Below, piece by piece: positions 31,195 to 40,917 of a stretch of DNA of 64,000 nucleotides (positions are counted from its first letter, which is position 1; each line of letters opens with the position of its first letter). The position numbers and the translations under genes were made by a program. Source of the stretch: Thermodesulfobacteriota bacterium (GTDB lineage: Bacteria > Desulfobacterota_D > UBA1144); contig JAURPH010000012.1 in NCBI GenBank assembly GCA_030835345.1, positions 623 through 64,622 on the forward strand. Reading direction: 5' to 3'. The notes under the pieces were generated by a model that did not search any database, was not told the DNA's origin, and saw only the letters and a list, made by a program, of their open reading frames with translations.

Positions 31195-33129
31195 TTATGT
31201 CAAATTATAATTATCATTATCCTCTATATGAAGAATGGTTTGATGGAAATTTGTAAGATTTTCTCTATGCCCAACGCTTATATATTGAATAGATAGTTCA
31301 TCTAAGAGCTTATATGCATTGTTTTCATTATTTATATCTAAAGCACTTGTAGCTTCATCTAAAATTACTAATTTTGGATGGTTTAGTATTACTCTTGAAA
31401 ATGCTATTCTCTGCTGCTCTCCAACTGATAGAACCCTACCCCAATCTTTAGTAGTGTTTAAACCATGATCTGCTACTAAATATCCTATAGACAGCTTATT
31501 TAAAGCTTCAAGAATTTCCTTATGGCTAAACTCATTATTTGATCTTGGATAAACAATTTGCTCCAATAAGGTTCCTAAAGACATATAAGGCTTTTGTGGT
31601 AGAAACATTATATTCTCATAATTTGGCTTATAAACTTTACCACTTCCTAAAGTCCAAAGACCAGCTATCGCTCTAAGCAATGAACTTTTGCCAACTCCAC
31701 TCTTACCCTTAATTAATAAGTTTTTATCTCCCAAATTAAAAGTCAGGTTCCTAATTAAACTCTTTTTATTATCTGGAGTTTTTACTTCAAGGTCTTTAAG
31801 TTTAATATCATCAGATGTTTCGTAGTTTATATTTTTTGATGAAAGATTAAGGTCTTCGTTTAACTTATTGTTAAAATTCCCAAGTCTAAATATACTTGCT
31901 GAAAATGCAGATATATTTTCTATTTGATTAGTAACGATTGACAAAGCTCCAAATACTTGAAAAAATGCAACCCAAGCTTGTGTAATGGTTCCGAAATCTA
32001 TTTCATTTGCGAAATACAATGGAGCAACTAAGATATATACAGGAAACCTCATAAGATTAGAATATAAAAATTGGAAAAGGTCCACTATTGATTGCCAAAT
32101 AATCCATAAATCAAAATTCTTTAAAGCTTTTCCTAGTCTTAGTAAAACATCTCCTTTTTCTCTTTCTTCACCCTTATAGAAGGAAATAGATTCAGAGTTA
32201 TCTCTAACATGTACCATGCTATATCTAAAATCAGCTTCTAATCTTAATTGATCATAATAAATTTTTATCATTTTTTTACCGGTATAGATTGCAATTATTG
32301 TTCCAATAGCAACATAAATTATGAGCCCCATTGTTAGGACTTTTGAAATTGACCAAAGAATGGCACTAAAGGAAATTACTGTAAGAATTGCATATAATGT
32401 ATCAATTAAGAAATCTAATGTTACGGATGTAAAATGTTTAATATCCTCGGAAATACGTTGATCAGGGTTATCGATATCGGAGAATTCAGAATTAGAATCT
32501 AAAAGATAATAGGTTCTATTTTGAAAATAACGTTTAATAAAGTTCTCTGTTAACCATTCTCTCCAATATCTTCCAAACTTGAGTCTTGTAAATTTATAAA
32601 ATGTAATAATTGGCACTGCTAATATAACAACAATGCCATATACCCATAAAAAATCCCAGAAGACATTTTCATTTCTTGTATTTAATGCCGTATCAACAAA
32701 CCTAAAAACATAGCTTAATGAGACATTAAGTCCAGTTACTGCAAATAAAAGAAGTATTATTACAAATAATAGAATCCAAGGCTTTAACTTTTCTTTTAAC
32801 TGATGCCTAAACCTGTAAAATGATAGACCGCATAATAAAAGAATTGCTAATGATATATAAACTAAAGTTGGGGACTTTAAACTATTAACATAGACTTTAA
32901 AATTAGGTGCAAGATCAGTAACGAATGTTGGATAAAAACTTTCAACTAAAAATCCAAGGAATATTATAAAAAAATGGCTGAAAGAAATGACACCCAAGAT
33001 TGATACGACCAGTAGATATAACAACTTTATTCCGGAATTCGGTTGAACTAATGGAAAAAAATATGGCTGTGCGGTACTAACGAATCTATCAAATAATTCT
33101 TTATTAAAATTAAAATTTGAATTTGGCAT
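31195..33129 (-). CDS. Fused ABC transporter permease/ATPase, SbmA/BacA-like (YddA/ABCD type)
   Basis: N-terminal ~6-TM domain. Walker [10 protein letters not shown], signature LSVGEQQR, Walker [12 protein letters not shown]. 644 aa. Confidence 0.8.
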   Translation of the reverse strand: MPNSNFNFNKELFDRFVSTAQPYFFPLVQPNSGIKLLYLLVVSILGVISFSHFFIIFLGFLVESFYPTFVTDLAPNFKVYVNSLKSPTLVYISLAILLLCGLSFYRFRHQLKEKLKPWILLFVIILLLFAVTGLNVSLSYVFRFVDTALNTRNENVFWDFLWVYGIVVILAVPIITFYKFTRLKFGRYWREWLTENFIKRYFQNRTYYLLDSNSEFSDIDNPDQRISEDIKHFTSVTLDFLIDTLYAILTVISFSAILWSISKVLTMGLIIYVAIGTIIAIYTGKKMIKIYYDQLRLEADFRYSMVHVRDNSESISFYKGEEREKGDVLLRLGKALKNFDLWIIWQSIVDLFQFLYSNLMRFPVYILVAPLYFANEIDFGTITQAWVAFFQVFGALSIVTNQIENISAFSASIFRLGNFNNKLNEDLNLSSKNINYETSDDIKLKDLEVKTPDNKKSLIRNLTFNLGDKNLLIKGKSGVGKSSLLRAIAGLWTLGSGKVYKPNYENIMFLPQKPYMSLGTLLEQIVYPRSNNEFSHKEILEALNKLSIGYLVADHGLNTTKDWGRVLSVGEQQRIAFSRVILNHPKLVILDEATSALDINNENNAYKLLDELSIQYISVGHRENLTNFHQTILHIEDNDNYNLT

Positions 33130-33170
33130 TTAATCATAAATTATCTATCAATTAACCAATTAAAACAAAT

Positions 33171-33974
33171 TTACCTTTTTCTGGTAATTATGATAAATCC
33201 TATAATGATGCTTATGAAGAGAGTTAAATATTGTGCCATATTGAAAAGTCCAGTATTTACTTGAGTATTCGGCAACTTTACAAATTCAATAAAAAATCTA
33301 ATTAATGAAACAGAAAAAACTATTATTAAGGAGAGAAATCCTGATTTTGATAAAAAATTCAGCCTTTCTTTCAATATATAAATTATTAAAAAAAGGAGCA
33401 AATATGAGAGACCTTCAATAATTTGAGCAGGATATCGAGGAATATTATCATAACTTGGAAAAACTATACAAAAAAACTTAGTACAATATTTACCTAAAAT
33501 TTCGGAATTAAATAAATTTCCCAACCTAATTAAAAAAATTAAAATTAATGAATAAAAAAAAGCTAAATCTAATATCTTAAAAATTTCTGATGTGTTAAAT
33601 TTCTTCTTACCATAGAAAATAACAGATAATACGAAGCCTATTGCTCCACCATGGCTTGAAAGTCCTTGATATCCAGTGAAGTAACCTTTTTCAAAATTAT
33701 ATGGAATCAAAACTTCAAATAAATTTTGTGAATAATAATCAAAGTTATAAAAAAAACAGTGAAATATTCTTGAAAAGACAATCATTATGATAATTGATTT
33801 AAATAATAAATCTTCCAAATATCCTTTCTTTTCAATAATAAAACTTTTAACAACATTGAAATAAACAAAGAAAACCCCTAGGCCAAATAAAATAGAATAA
33901 ATACGTATTGAAATTATATTGTTATTAATCAAATAAGGCGAAACATCCCAGTGATAAAATAAAGAATAATCCAT
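33171..33974 (-). CDS. lgt: Prolipoprotein diacylglyceryl transferase
   Basis: Polytopic membrane protein with GLSSHGGAIG and PAQIIEG motifs. Confidence 0.82.
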   Translation of the reverse strand: MDYSLFYHWDVSPYLINNNIISIRIYSILFGLGVFFVYFNVVKSFIIEKKGYLEDLLFKSIIIMIVFSRIFHCFFYNFDYYSQNLFEVLIPYNFEKGYFTGYQGLSSHGGAIGFVLSVIFYGKKKFNTSEIFKILDLAFFYSLILIFLIRLGNLFNSEILGKYCTKFFCIVFPSYDNIPRYPAQIIEGLSYLLLFLIIYILKERLNFLSKSGFLSLIIVFSVSLIRFFIEFVKLPNTQVNTGLFNMAQYLTLFISIIIGFIIITRKR

Positions 33975-33977
33975 TTC

Positions 33978-34469
33978 CTAAAGATTCTGCTCTAGTTCTA
34001 CTTGAAACCTTTTTTCTTCTAGCAATTGCCTATTCCTAATCTCTTGACCTATATTATAATTTTTTACTTCGTTTTCACTTTCCACTATTAATTCAGGAAC
34101 AACAACTGGCACTCCCTCCATATTAATGGCAACAAAGCAGAAATAAGCTCTAGCACAAATTACTTTTTCTTCAGTATATCCTTCTTTAGTAACTTTAGTT
34201 TTCACTATCAAAGATCTATTACCTGTCCATATAACTTTTGAGCTTAATTCTATAATATCACCCTTGTTTATAGGCTTATTGAATTGCATATCCTCTATTG
34301 ATGCTGTGACAGCTTTCGTGCCCGTGAACCTTCTTGCGCATATTCCACCAACCATATCCATTAACTCGATTAATTTCCCACCATACATCGTACCAAAATC
34401 ATTTGTATCATTTGGGAATACCATCATGCTACTACTTGCCTCAGAGGTCTTTCTTTTAAGTCTTGCCAT
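33978..34469 (-). CDS. Acyl-CoA thioesterase (hotdog fold)
   Basis: FPNDTNDFGTMYGGKLIELMD matches the YciA/BFIT-type thioesterase N-terminal motif. Confidence 0.78.
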   Translation of the reverse strand: MARLKRKTSEASSSMMVFPNDTNDFGTMYGGKLIELMDMVGGICARRFTGTKAVTASIEDMQFNKPINKGDIIELSSKVIWTGNRSLIVKTKVTKEGYTEEKVICARAYFCFVAINMEGVPVVVPELIVESENEVKNYNIGQEIRNRQLLEEKRFQVELEQNL

Positions 34470-34552
34470 TATTACTCCTTTTTTTTTATATAATACACTT
34501 TTTTTTTGTATTTTAATTTTTTTAATTAGAGATTAACAATTATAATAATCTT

Positions 34553-35398
34553 ATGAAAAAATTTACAACAACAGATAATTATATAACAACCCCTGACCTT
34601 GAACTTGCTGTTAATGCTTCTATTTCCCTAGAAAAACCTCTTCTAGTAAAAGGTGAGCCAGGTACTGGAAAAACTCTTCTGGCCGAAGAGATTGCTAAAT
34701 GTTTAGACATGAAAATTATCAAATGGCATATAAAGTCAACCACTAAAGCTCAACAAGGTCTTTATGAGTATGATGCAATCACACGACTTCGAGATTCTCA
34801 GCTTGGTGATTCCAGAGTTAAAGATATATCGAATTATATTGTAAAAGGAAAATTATGGGAAGCATTTGCTTCTAATGAGAAAGTTGTACTTTTGATCGAT
34901 GAAATTGATAAAGCAGACATTGAATTTCCTAATGATCTGTTACAAGAATTAGATAAAATGGAGTTTTATGTATACGAAACAAAAGAAAATATTATTGCTA
35001 AAAAAAGACCAATTGTAATAATAACTAGCAATAATGAAAAAGAACTACCAGATGCTTTTCTTAGGAGATGTATCTTCCATTATATAAATTTTCCTGATAA
35101 AAAAACCATGCAAGATATCGTCAATGTTCATTTCCCTAAAATTAAGAAGAAGCTTCTAAATGAAGCATTGGAGATATTTTTTGATTTACGTGAAGTCCCT
35201 AATATTAAAAAATACCCTTCAACCTCAGAATTAATTGATTGGATAAAGCTTCTCCTTTCTGATGATATACCAAGGGATATACTTTTAGAGAGGGATGAAG
35301 CTAAAGCAATTCCACCATTACATGGAGCATTGTTAAAAAATGAACAAGATGTTCATATGTTGGAAAGATTAAGATTTATGATTCGTCGAGGTAGCTAG
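34553..35398 (+). CDS. MoxR-family AAA+ ATPase
   Basis: Walker A GEPGTGKT, Walker B LLIDEIDK, sensor ITSNNEKELPDAFLRR. Confidence 0.85.
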   Translation: MKKFTTTDNYITTPDLELAVNASISLEKPLLVKGEPGTGKTLLAEEIAKCLDMKIIKWHIKSTTKAQQGLYEYDAITRLRDSQLGDSRVKDISNYIVKGKLWEAFASNEKVVLLIDEIDKADIEFPNDLLQELDKMEFYVYETKENIIAKKRPIVIITSNNEKELPDAFLRRCIFHYINFPDKKTMQDIVNVHFPKIKKKLLNEALEIFFDLREVPNIKKYPSTSELIDWIKLLLSDDIPRDILLERDEAKAIPPLHGALLKNEQDVHMLERLRFMIRRGS

Positions 35399-36573
35399 TG
35401 TTAATTGATTTTTTTATGACAATAAAAAAATCTGGAGTTAATGTTTCCCTCAAAGAACTTCTAGATTTGATTAATGCATTAAGTAAAAACTTAATTAAGC
35501 CAACTAGTCAGGGCTTTTATTACCTGAGCAGATCAATAATGGTTAAGGATGAGAAATATTATGATAAGTTTGATCAAGCTTATGGAATTTTTTTCGAGGG
35601 TATTGAGGACTTAGATATTGATTTCCTTAAGAATGAAATTCCTGAGGAATGGCTTAGAAAACAATTCGAAAAAACATTAACAGATGAGGAAAGAAAAAAT
35701 ATAAAATCTCTTGAAGACTTAGAAGAATTAATGAAAAAATTCCTTGAAACCTATGATAAACAGAGAGAAAGGCATCAAGGTGGTAATAAATGGATTGGAA
35801 CTGGTGGAACATCTCCTTTTGGTGCATATGGAAACAACCCCTTTGGCATAAGAATTGGACAAGATGGTAATAGGAACTTTTCTGCCGCTAAGGTGTGGGA
35901 CGAAAGAAGATTTAGAAATCTAGACGATAATGTAGAAATAGGAACAAGAAATATTAAAGTTGCATTAAAAAAATTAAGAAAATTTGCAAGAGTTTCTGGA
36001 AAAGATGAACTTGATGTTGATGAAACTATCAAGAAGACTGCAGATAATGGGGGATTCATTGATATTAGAACTCGTGCAGAAAAAATGAATCAAATAAAAG
36101 TGCTAATTTTTTTTGATGTCGGTGGCTCTATGGATCCTTACATTCAAATTTGTGAAGAACTATTCTCAGCAGCAAGATATGAATTCAAAAATCTTGAATT
36201 CTTTTACTTTCATAACTTTATCTATGAAGGTGTATGGAAGGACAACCAAAGGAGAAACGAAATAATTGATACTCAAGAAATTATAAATAAATATGGTGCT
36301 GACTATAAAGTTATTTTTGTAGGTGATGCTTCAATGGGGATTTACGAAGTTACTCATATTAATGGTTCAGTAGAACATTATAATGAGAAGCCAGGTGAAT
36401 ATTATCTTAAATCCTTACAGAACCATTTTAATAAAATTGTTTGGCTAAATCCGTCTGATATTGAAGATTGGGATTATTCACAGTCAATTGATTACATAAG
36501 ATATTTAATTGAAAATAAAATGTATCCCCTAACAATTGAGGGGATTAATAAAGCAGTAAAATTCTTAACTTAA
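35398..36573 (+). CDS. VWA-domain protein, CoxE-like partner of the MoxR ATPase
   Basis: Its start overlaps the MoxR stop. C-terminal VWA-like core FFDVGGSM (MIDAS-like D-x-S-x-S degenerate). Confidence 0.7.
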   Translation: MLIDFFMTIKKSGVNVSLKELLDLINALSKNLIKPTSQGFYYLSRSIMVKDEKYYDKFDQAYGIFFEGIEDLDIDFLKNEIPEEWLRKQFEKTLTDEERKNIKSLEDLEELMKKFLETYDKQRERHQGGNKWIGTGGTSPFGAYGNNPFGIRIGQDGNRNFSAAKVWDERRFRNLDDNVEIGTRNIKVALKKLRKFARVSGKDELDVDETIKKTADNGGFIDIRTRAEKMNQIKVLIFFDVGGSMDPYIQICEELFSAARYEFKNLEFFYFHNFIYEGVWKDNQRRNEIIDTQEIINKYGADYKVIFVGDASMGIYEVTHINGSVEHYNEKPGEYYLKSLQNHFNKIVWLNPSDIEDWDYSQSIDYIRYLIENKMYPLTIEGINKAVKFLT

Positions 36574-36574
36574 T

Positions 36575-36952
36575 TTATATTTTTATTAATTTTAAAAATA
36601 AATATACTGAAAAAAATCCTAATAAAATATTAAAAGACAAATAGCCAAATGCTCTACTGAAATCCTTATCATTTATCATCTTTGCAAACTCAAAACTAAA
36701 TGTTGAAAAAGTTGTTAAAGAGCCTAGATACCCAATTATAAAAAAATCTCTCAAATTAGTTTTAAAATCAATAAATGAGGAGGCATAATAAAAAAATCCC
36801 AGCAATAAAGAACCAATTACATTAACTAACAATGTGGAGAGGTAAGGTTTATCTGGAGTTTGTATAGAAACAATGTTATTTGCAACAAATCTTGTTACAG
36901 CTCCCAAAGAACCTCCTACAGCCACTAATAAATAAGTTATTAACATAATCAA
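36575..36952 (-). CDS. crcB: Fluoride ion channel CrcB/Fluc
   Basis: 125 aa, 4 TM, GGSLGAVTRF and GYLGSLTTFSTFS motifs. Confidence 0.88.
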   Translation of the reverse strand: MIMLITYLLVAVGGSLGAVTRFVANNIVSIQTPDKPYLSTLLVNVIGSLLLGFFYYASSFIDFKTNLRDFFIIGYLGSLTTFSTFSFEFAKMINDKDFSRAFGYLSFNILLGFFSVYLFLKLIKI

Positions 36953-36983
36953 AATTTACATCTAAAAGCAGATATTACAAAAC

Positions 36984-37517
36984 TCAATCAACCATGGTGA
37001 CGGATATTTTTTTGTCTTGAGAGCTAGCATCTGCAAGAAACTCTGGGTGTTCTTGGGCGAATTTGTTTTTTATAATTTCCTGAGAAGTTTTAAGGAAAAA
37101 CTTTATTTTATGTTTACTTTCAAGATCTAAATTTCCAGAAAACAACATAAGTCTCCAATAAAGCAATGCTCTACAGATTAATTCAGCTTCAACAATTAAT
37201 TCTTCATCATTTTTATAATCCCAATCTTCTAGAGCATAGAACAAATATCTGGGCTCTTTGGTTTGTAAAAAATCAATTAATGCTGGAACTTTTTTTGTGA
37301 ATGGGTTTGCAAGGTTTGGGGGATGCAAATCTTTATATGTTCCCCATTTATATTCTTTTCTCCCTTTTAAATCTGTATTAGGCTGAATCCTCCATCCTAA
37401 GTTAAATGAACTTTTTTTATAATTTGCATCAGTTCCATATCTTTTAGCATGATCCTCTTTATGATATTTTTCAAGCTGATCTTTCATCGATGCATTATAT
37501 AAACGAAAAACTGTCAT
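36984..37517 (-). CDS. Hypothetical protein, LEDWD/YWR paralog family member 1 (177 aa)
   Basis: Shares YKWG..NP.T.KVP..DF..TKE.R..FY.LEDWD..EL.CRALL.WRL.L..GN.D with the adjacent ORF. Basic N-terminus, no TM or signal peptide. Confidence 0.7.
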   Translation of the reverse strand: MTVFRLYNASMKDQLEKYHKEDHAKRYGTDANYKKSSFNLGWRIQPNTDLKGRKEYKWGTYKDLHPPNLANPFTKKVPALIDFLQTKEPRYLFYALEDWDYKNDEELIVEAELICRALLYWRLMLFSGNLDLESKHKIKFFLKTSQEIIKNKFAQEHPEFLADASSQDKKISVTMVD

Positions 37518-38453
37518 TTAAATGCTAGTTACAACAATTTCTCTCGAGTCAAAGAAATTAGGATCCTTTTCTGAGTTAAATTTAAGCTCCTTATAAATTG
37601 AATAAATTAACTTCCAGTCTGCAATCAAATTAATTTTTGGTTCTTTCTTATGCTTTTTTAATTTATTATGATTCCAAGCCAAATACGAGGAAACGATTAA
37701 ATCTAAATTTTGAAAATTAAACCCTGTCTTTATAAAAAGATCACTAGGTATATTATCTTTATCAAAAATTGATTTAAAAATTTTTGTCCAATATTTTTCT
37801 TTAAGAGACAGGTTAGTTTCTTGAGAGATTTCTCTCTCATATGGCTTAAGCTTTAAAACTAAACTCTTAAAATTATCATTAAAAATAGATGGCATATTTG
37901 GATTGTAAGAAATAAAATTAGGTTTTTTATTTCGATTTTTATAAGAATTATCTAATTCAAAGTTGTAAAATTTAGCTAATCCATCCTTATAAGGCCAAAA
38001 TTTTAGTCTAGGCATTGAATCATTTATAATTTTACTAGAAGTAGAAATATAAGATTTTATAATTTTTCTCTCTTCCTCATCAACATTCCCTGTAATTAAT
38101 CTCAATCTCCAATGCAATAATGCTCTACAAGCTAATTCTTCTTCAATTGGGAAACTTGAAATATCATTAAAATCCCAATCCTCTAACATGTAAAAAAAGA
38201 AACGGGTCTCTTTGGTTTCTACAAAGTCAACAAATGATGGGACCTTACATGTTAAGGGGTTAACAACATTTGATGGAAATAAATTTTTATTTAATCCCCA
38301 CTTATATCTTTTTCTATCTTTGGTCTCAGTACGTGGTTGAAAAAAAAGTCTTTGCTGTGCATATTCACCTCTTTTCCTTTTTATTCTTTTAGCATTTTTA
38401 TCTAATTCTTTTTTTTGCTCTTGTGAAGCAATCTTGATGCCCATTATTGTCAT
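37518..38453 (-). CDS. Hypothetical protein, LEDWD/YWR paralog family member 2 (311 aa, extra C-terminal ~170 aa)
   Basis: About half of ~77 aligned residues are identical to member 1 by eye. Its stop directly abuts the member-1 start. Confidence 0.7.
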   Translation of the reverse strand: MTIMGIKIASQEQKKELDKNAKRIKRKRGEYAQQRLFFQPRTETKDRKRYKWGLNKNLFPSNVVNPLTCKVPSFVDFVETKETRFFFYMLEDWDFNDISSFPIEEELACRALLHWRLRLITGNVDEEERKIIKSYISTSSKIINDSMPRLKFWPYKDGLAKFYNFELDNSYKNRNKKPNFISYNPNMPSIFNDNFKSLVLKLKPYEREISQETNLSLKEKYWTKIFKSIFDKDNIPSDLFIKTGFNFQNLDLIVSSYLAWNHNKLKKHKKEPKINLIADWKLIYSIYKELKFNSEKDPNFFDSREIVVTSI

Positions 38454-38487
38454 CTAATAAGTTTAACATCGTAAGTGAATAAATTAA

Positions 38488-38865
38488 TCAAGACTTTTTA
38501 AAAGATAGTGAAGCTGAATTAATGCAATATCTTAAACCAGTTGGCTCTGGTCCATCGGAAAAAACATGTCCTAAATGTGCACCACAATTTTTACATGAAA
38601 CTTCAACTCTTACCATCATAAGGGAAGAATCTTCTTTAAAATCAATTTTATCTTTATTTAAACAGTCGAAAAAACTTGGCCAGCCAGTTCCTGAATCAAA
38701 TTTAGAACCGGATTCAAATAGCTCAATATCACAACAAATACATTTATAGGTACCCTCTTCTTTACAATCGTTTAAAGAACCGGAAAAAGGAGCTTCTGTA
38801 CCATGCTCTTGAGTCACATGATACTGAAGATCGGTGAGTTTTCCTTTCAAATCTTTATTTTTCAT
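38488..38865 (-). CDS. msrB: Peptide-methionine (R)-S-oxide reductase
   Basis: Zinc CxxC pairs (CICCD, CKNCG), GTGWPSF and RYCINS catalytic Cys motif. Confidence 0.93.
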   Translation of the reverse strand: MKNKDLKGKLTDLQYHVTQEHGTEAPFSGSLNDCKEEGTYKCICCDIELFESGSKFDSGTGWPSFFDCLNKDKIDFKEDSSLMMVRVEVSCKNCGAHLGHVFSDGPEPTGLRYCINSASLSFKKS

Positions 38866-39232
38866 CGGAGATACCCAAGTGTTTTTTTAAATACAATATT
38901 ATATCTTTGGATTCATATAACCATCCAGATGTACTACTACTATCACCAATCCTTAAACATGGAACTTGCAATTTTCCACCACCGTTAATAAGTTCTTGTG
39001 CGAAAGCTTTATTTCTTCTTGCATCCTTAGTATTGATAGAAATATTATTTTTCTTCATAAATCTTCTAACTCTGACGCAAAAAGGACAAGCTCTAAACTC
39101 ATAGATTGTCATATCTTTAACTTTATCTTGAATAGCTTTAAGTTCAGAACTACTAATTTTTTTAGGTCGAGGTGAAGTTGCCCAATCCAGGAAAAGTATT
39201 ATTCTACCAAGTATGAATCTAATTATCTGCAT
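38855..39232 (-). CDS. Glutaredoxin-like thiol oxidoreductase with N-terminal hydrophobic anchor
   Basis: CPFC active site in a Grx-like fold ([16 protein letters not shown]...VPCLRI). The start at the [15 protein letters not shown] Met (39232) removes the overlap with the upstream ORF. 11-nt overlap with msrB. Confidence 0.75.
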   Translation of the reverse strand: MQIIRFILGRIILFLDWATSPRPKKISSSELKAIQDKVKDMTIYEFRACPFCVRVRRFMKKNNISINTKDARRNKAFAQELINGGGKLQVPCLRIGDSSSTSGWLYESKDIILYLKKHLGISDEK

Positions 39233-39233
39233 G

Positions 39234-39653
39234 CTATGCCTCTTGTGAGCCTGGAGCTGATGATAATGCAATTCCGACATTGCTCAACAAGACTTTTGCA
39301 ACATTAGCATTTGAATCGTTATTAAGAATCAAGTTTCTCCAATAATTGATTACATCAGTAAAAATATTTTCAGTTAATGGGTTACAAATATCATATGCTA
39401 CTTCGGAGTTCCATGTTTCAAGTGCAAGAAAAAAATAACCTGGTTTTTTTTTATTGTAAAATTTTGCTAAGTATGGATTTTTTCTTGCAAATTCTTGCCA
39501 TTCTTTTATTTCCATAGTGCGAACATTCTGAGGAAACATATCATCCCGGTCAAAAAAATCATATTTTTTCATATATGTTTCAGCATCAGTTTCGTTTATC
39601 ATGGTTCTTCCTATTACAGGGGTAGGAGAACGATCTGTAGATTTTCGACTCAT
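39234..39653 (-). CDS. Hypothetical protein, LEDWD/YWR paralog family member 3 (139 aa)
   Basis: FPQNV...GYFFLALETWN...INYWRNLIL keeps the family skeleton. Its stop lies 1 nt from the grx-like start. Confidence 0.6.
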   Translation of the reverse strand: MSRKSTDRSPTPVIGRTMINETDAETYMKKYDFFDRDDMFPQNVRTMEIKEWQEFARKNPYLAKFYNKKKPGYFFLALETWNSEVAYDICNPLTENIFTDVINYWRNLILNNDSNANVAKVLLSNVGIALSSAPGSQEA

Positions 39654-39767
39654 AATATTTATACTGTATTATAACTAGATATATGATACAAGATACTATA
39701 TTTTACTACTTTGCAATTACATGCCTAGCAATGGTATTGATATTAATTTATTTAATAAAAAAATAAC

Positions 39768-40184
39768 ATGTGGAAATGTAAACATACTTGGAGAAAGTCA
39801 TCTATAAATACATTATGGTGCTTAATAGGTTGCTCCATTGGTGACTTAGGTGCAATATTTTATTTTCAGAATATTGATCACAGCCTTTCAGTTATGACTA
39901 TAATGCTAATTGCGATAATCTGTGGTCTAACTACAAGTATTTTTTTAGAGACAATAATTCTATTTAAAGATTTAGGACTAAAAAAATCTTTGAAGACAGC
40001 TTTAGGTATGAGCTTGATTAGTATGGTCGGTATGGAAATAGCAATGAATAGTGTTGACTTTATTTTAAATGGAGAGCCGATAATTAATTTAAGAACAATA
40101 ACACCAGTATTACTGGCAGGATTTATTGCACCATTACCTTATAATTATTGGAGATTAAAAAAATATGGGATTTCGTGTCACTAA
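39768..40184 (+). CDS. Small integral membrane protein (DUF4396-like)
   Basis: 4 TM segments. The WCLIGCSIGDLGA motif resembles the HCxxGCxxGE motif of DUF4396 from memory. Confidence 0.55.
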   Translation: MWKCKHTWRKSSINTLWCLIGCSIGDLGAIFYFQNIDHSLSVMTIMLIAIICGLTTSIFLETIILFKDLGLKKSLKTALGMSLISMVGMEIAMNSVDFILNGEPIINLRTITPVLLAGFIAPLPYNYWRLKKYGISCH

Positions 40185-40187
40185 CAA

Positions 40188-40778
40188 TTAAGCGCTTTTC
40201 ATTTCTCTATATTTTCTTTCTTCTTCAGTAAATGCACCATCTGCTACAGGAATTATTGAAGGTATAAGAGCACCACCAATTCTCAAAAAACACTGTTCTA
40301 AGTACTTTTGTGCATCGCTAGCAAAGAAAGAGTTTCTTTTAAAGGTTAAGAAAGAACGCCAGTAGTTAATAGTAGACCAAACAACTGTAGGCGGTGTAAC
40401 ATTATCAAGCAACTCATTATAAGTTCCAATATGAGCCATATTAAGAATAGTTAAATCAAGTATCTCATCGCCAACCATAGATTCTGGATCCCATGATTCT
40501 GCATCCTCTATAACATTTCCATGCATTAGAGTATAATCGTGCATTATTGCTTCAATAAGTTTATTAGGATCTTTTGTTTCCAAATATTCTTCCAAACAAT
40601 CATAGGCAACTAATTTAAAAGGATTATGGCTATGATAACCTTCACCCTTTTCACTTGTTAATTGAACATTACCTTTAATTTGAGGTCTGAATAACTTCTT
40701 TTTGAGAAGACCATCAGGAAATATAGACTCTATTATAGTTTCTTCAGCTTTTTTTTCTTTAAAATCAATACCTTGCAT
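40188..40778 (-). CDS. Hypothetical protein, distant LEDWD/YWR paralog family member 4 (196 aa)
   Basis: IFPDG..., VIEDAESWDPE and, 40 aa later, TINYWRSFL. Weaker similarity than members 1-3. Confidence 0.55.
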   Translation of the reverse strand: MQGIDFKEKKAEETIIESIFPDGLLKKKLFRPQIKGNVQLTSEKGEGYHSHNPFKLVAYDCLEEYLETKDPNKLIEAIMHDYTLMHGNVIEDAESWDPESMVGDEILDLTILNMAHIGTYNELLDNVTPPTVVWSTINYWRSFLTFKRNSFFASDAQKYLEQCFLRIGGALIPSIIPVADGAFTEEERKYREMKSA

Positions 40779-40917
40779 GAGTTAATTATTACTAACTTTT
40801 AATTTAATGCAACAATATTAATTTTTTTATTTATAATATCTCTATGGGAAAAAAATTTTTCTCTTTTATTTTTTTAAGTGTTTTTCTAATCATGATGTAC
40901 TTTTTATATAAAATGGT

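Noticed and set aside
31105-31296. 63-aa + strand ORF from the track.
   Set aside because: It overlaps the 3' end of the ABC transporter gene and the minus-strand L36 gene (31017-31166). L36 explains this region far better.
36953-36983. Possible fluoride riboswitch upstream of crcB.
   Set aside because: The gap is only 31 nt and contains nothing like the crcB-motif core. The upstream operon leader (39654-39767, read on the minus strand) also lacks it. crcB appears to be simply co-transcribed.
38488-38865. Possible selenocysteine recoding in MsrB or MsrA.
   Set aside because: Both genes encode Cys at the catalytic positions (RYCINS, GCFWG). There is no in-frame TGA.
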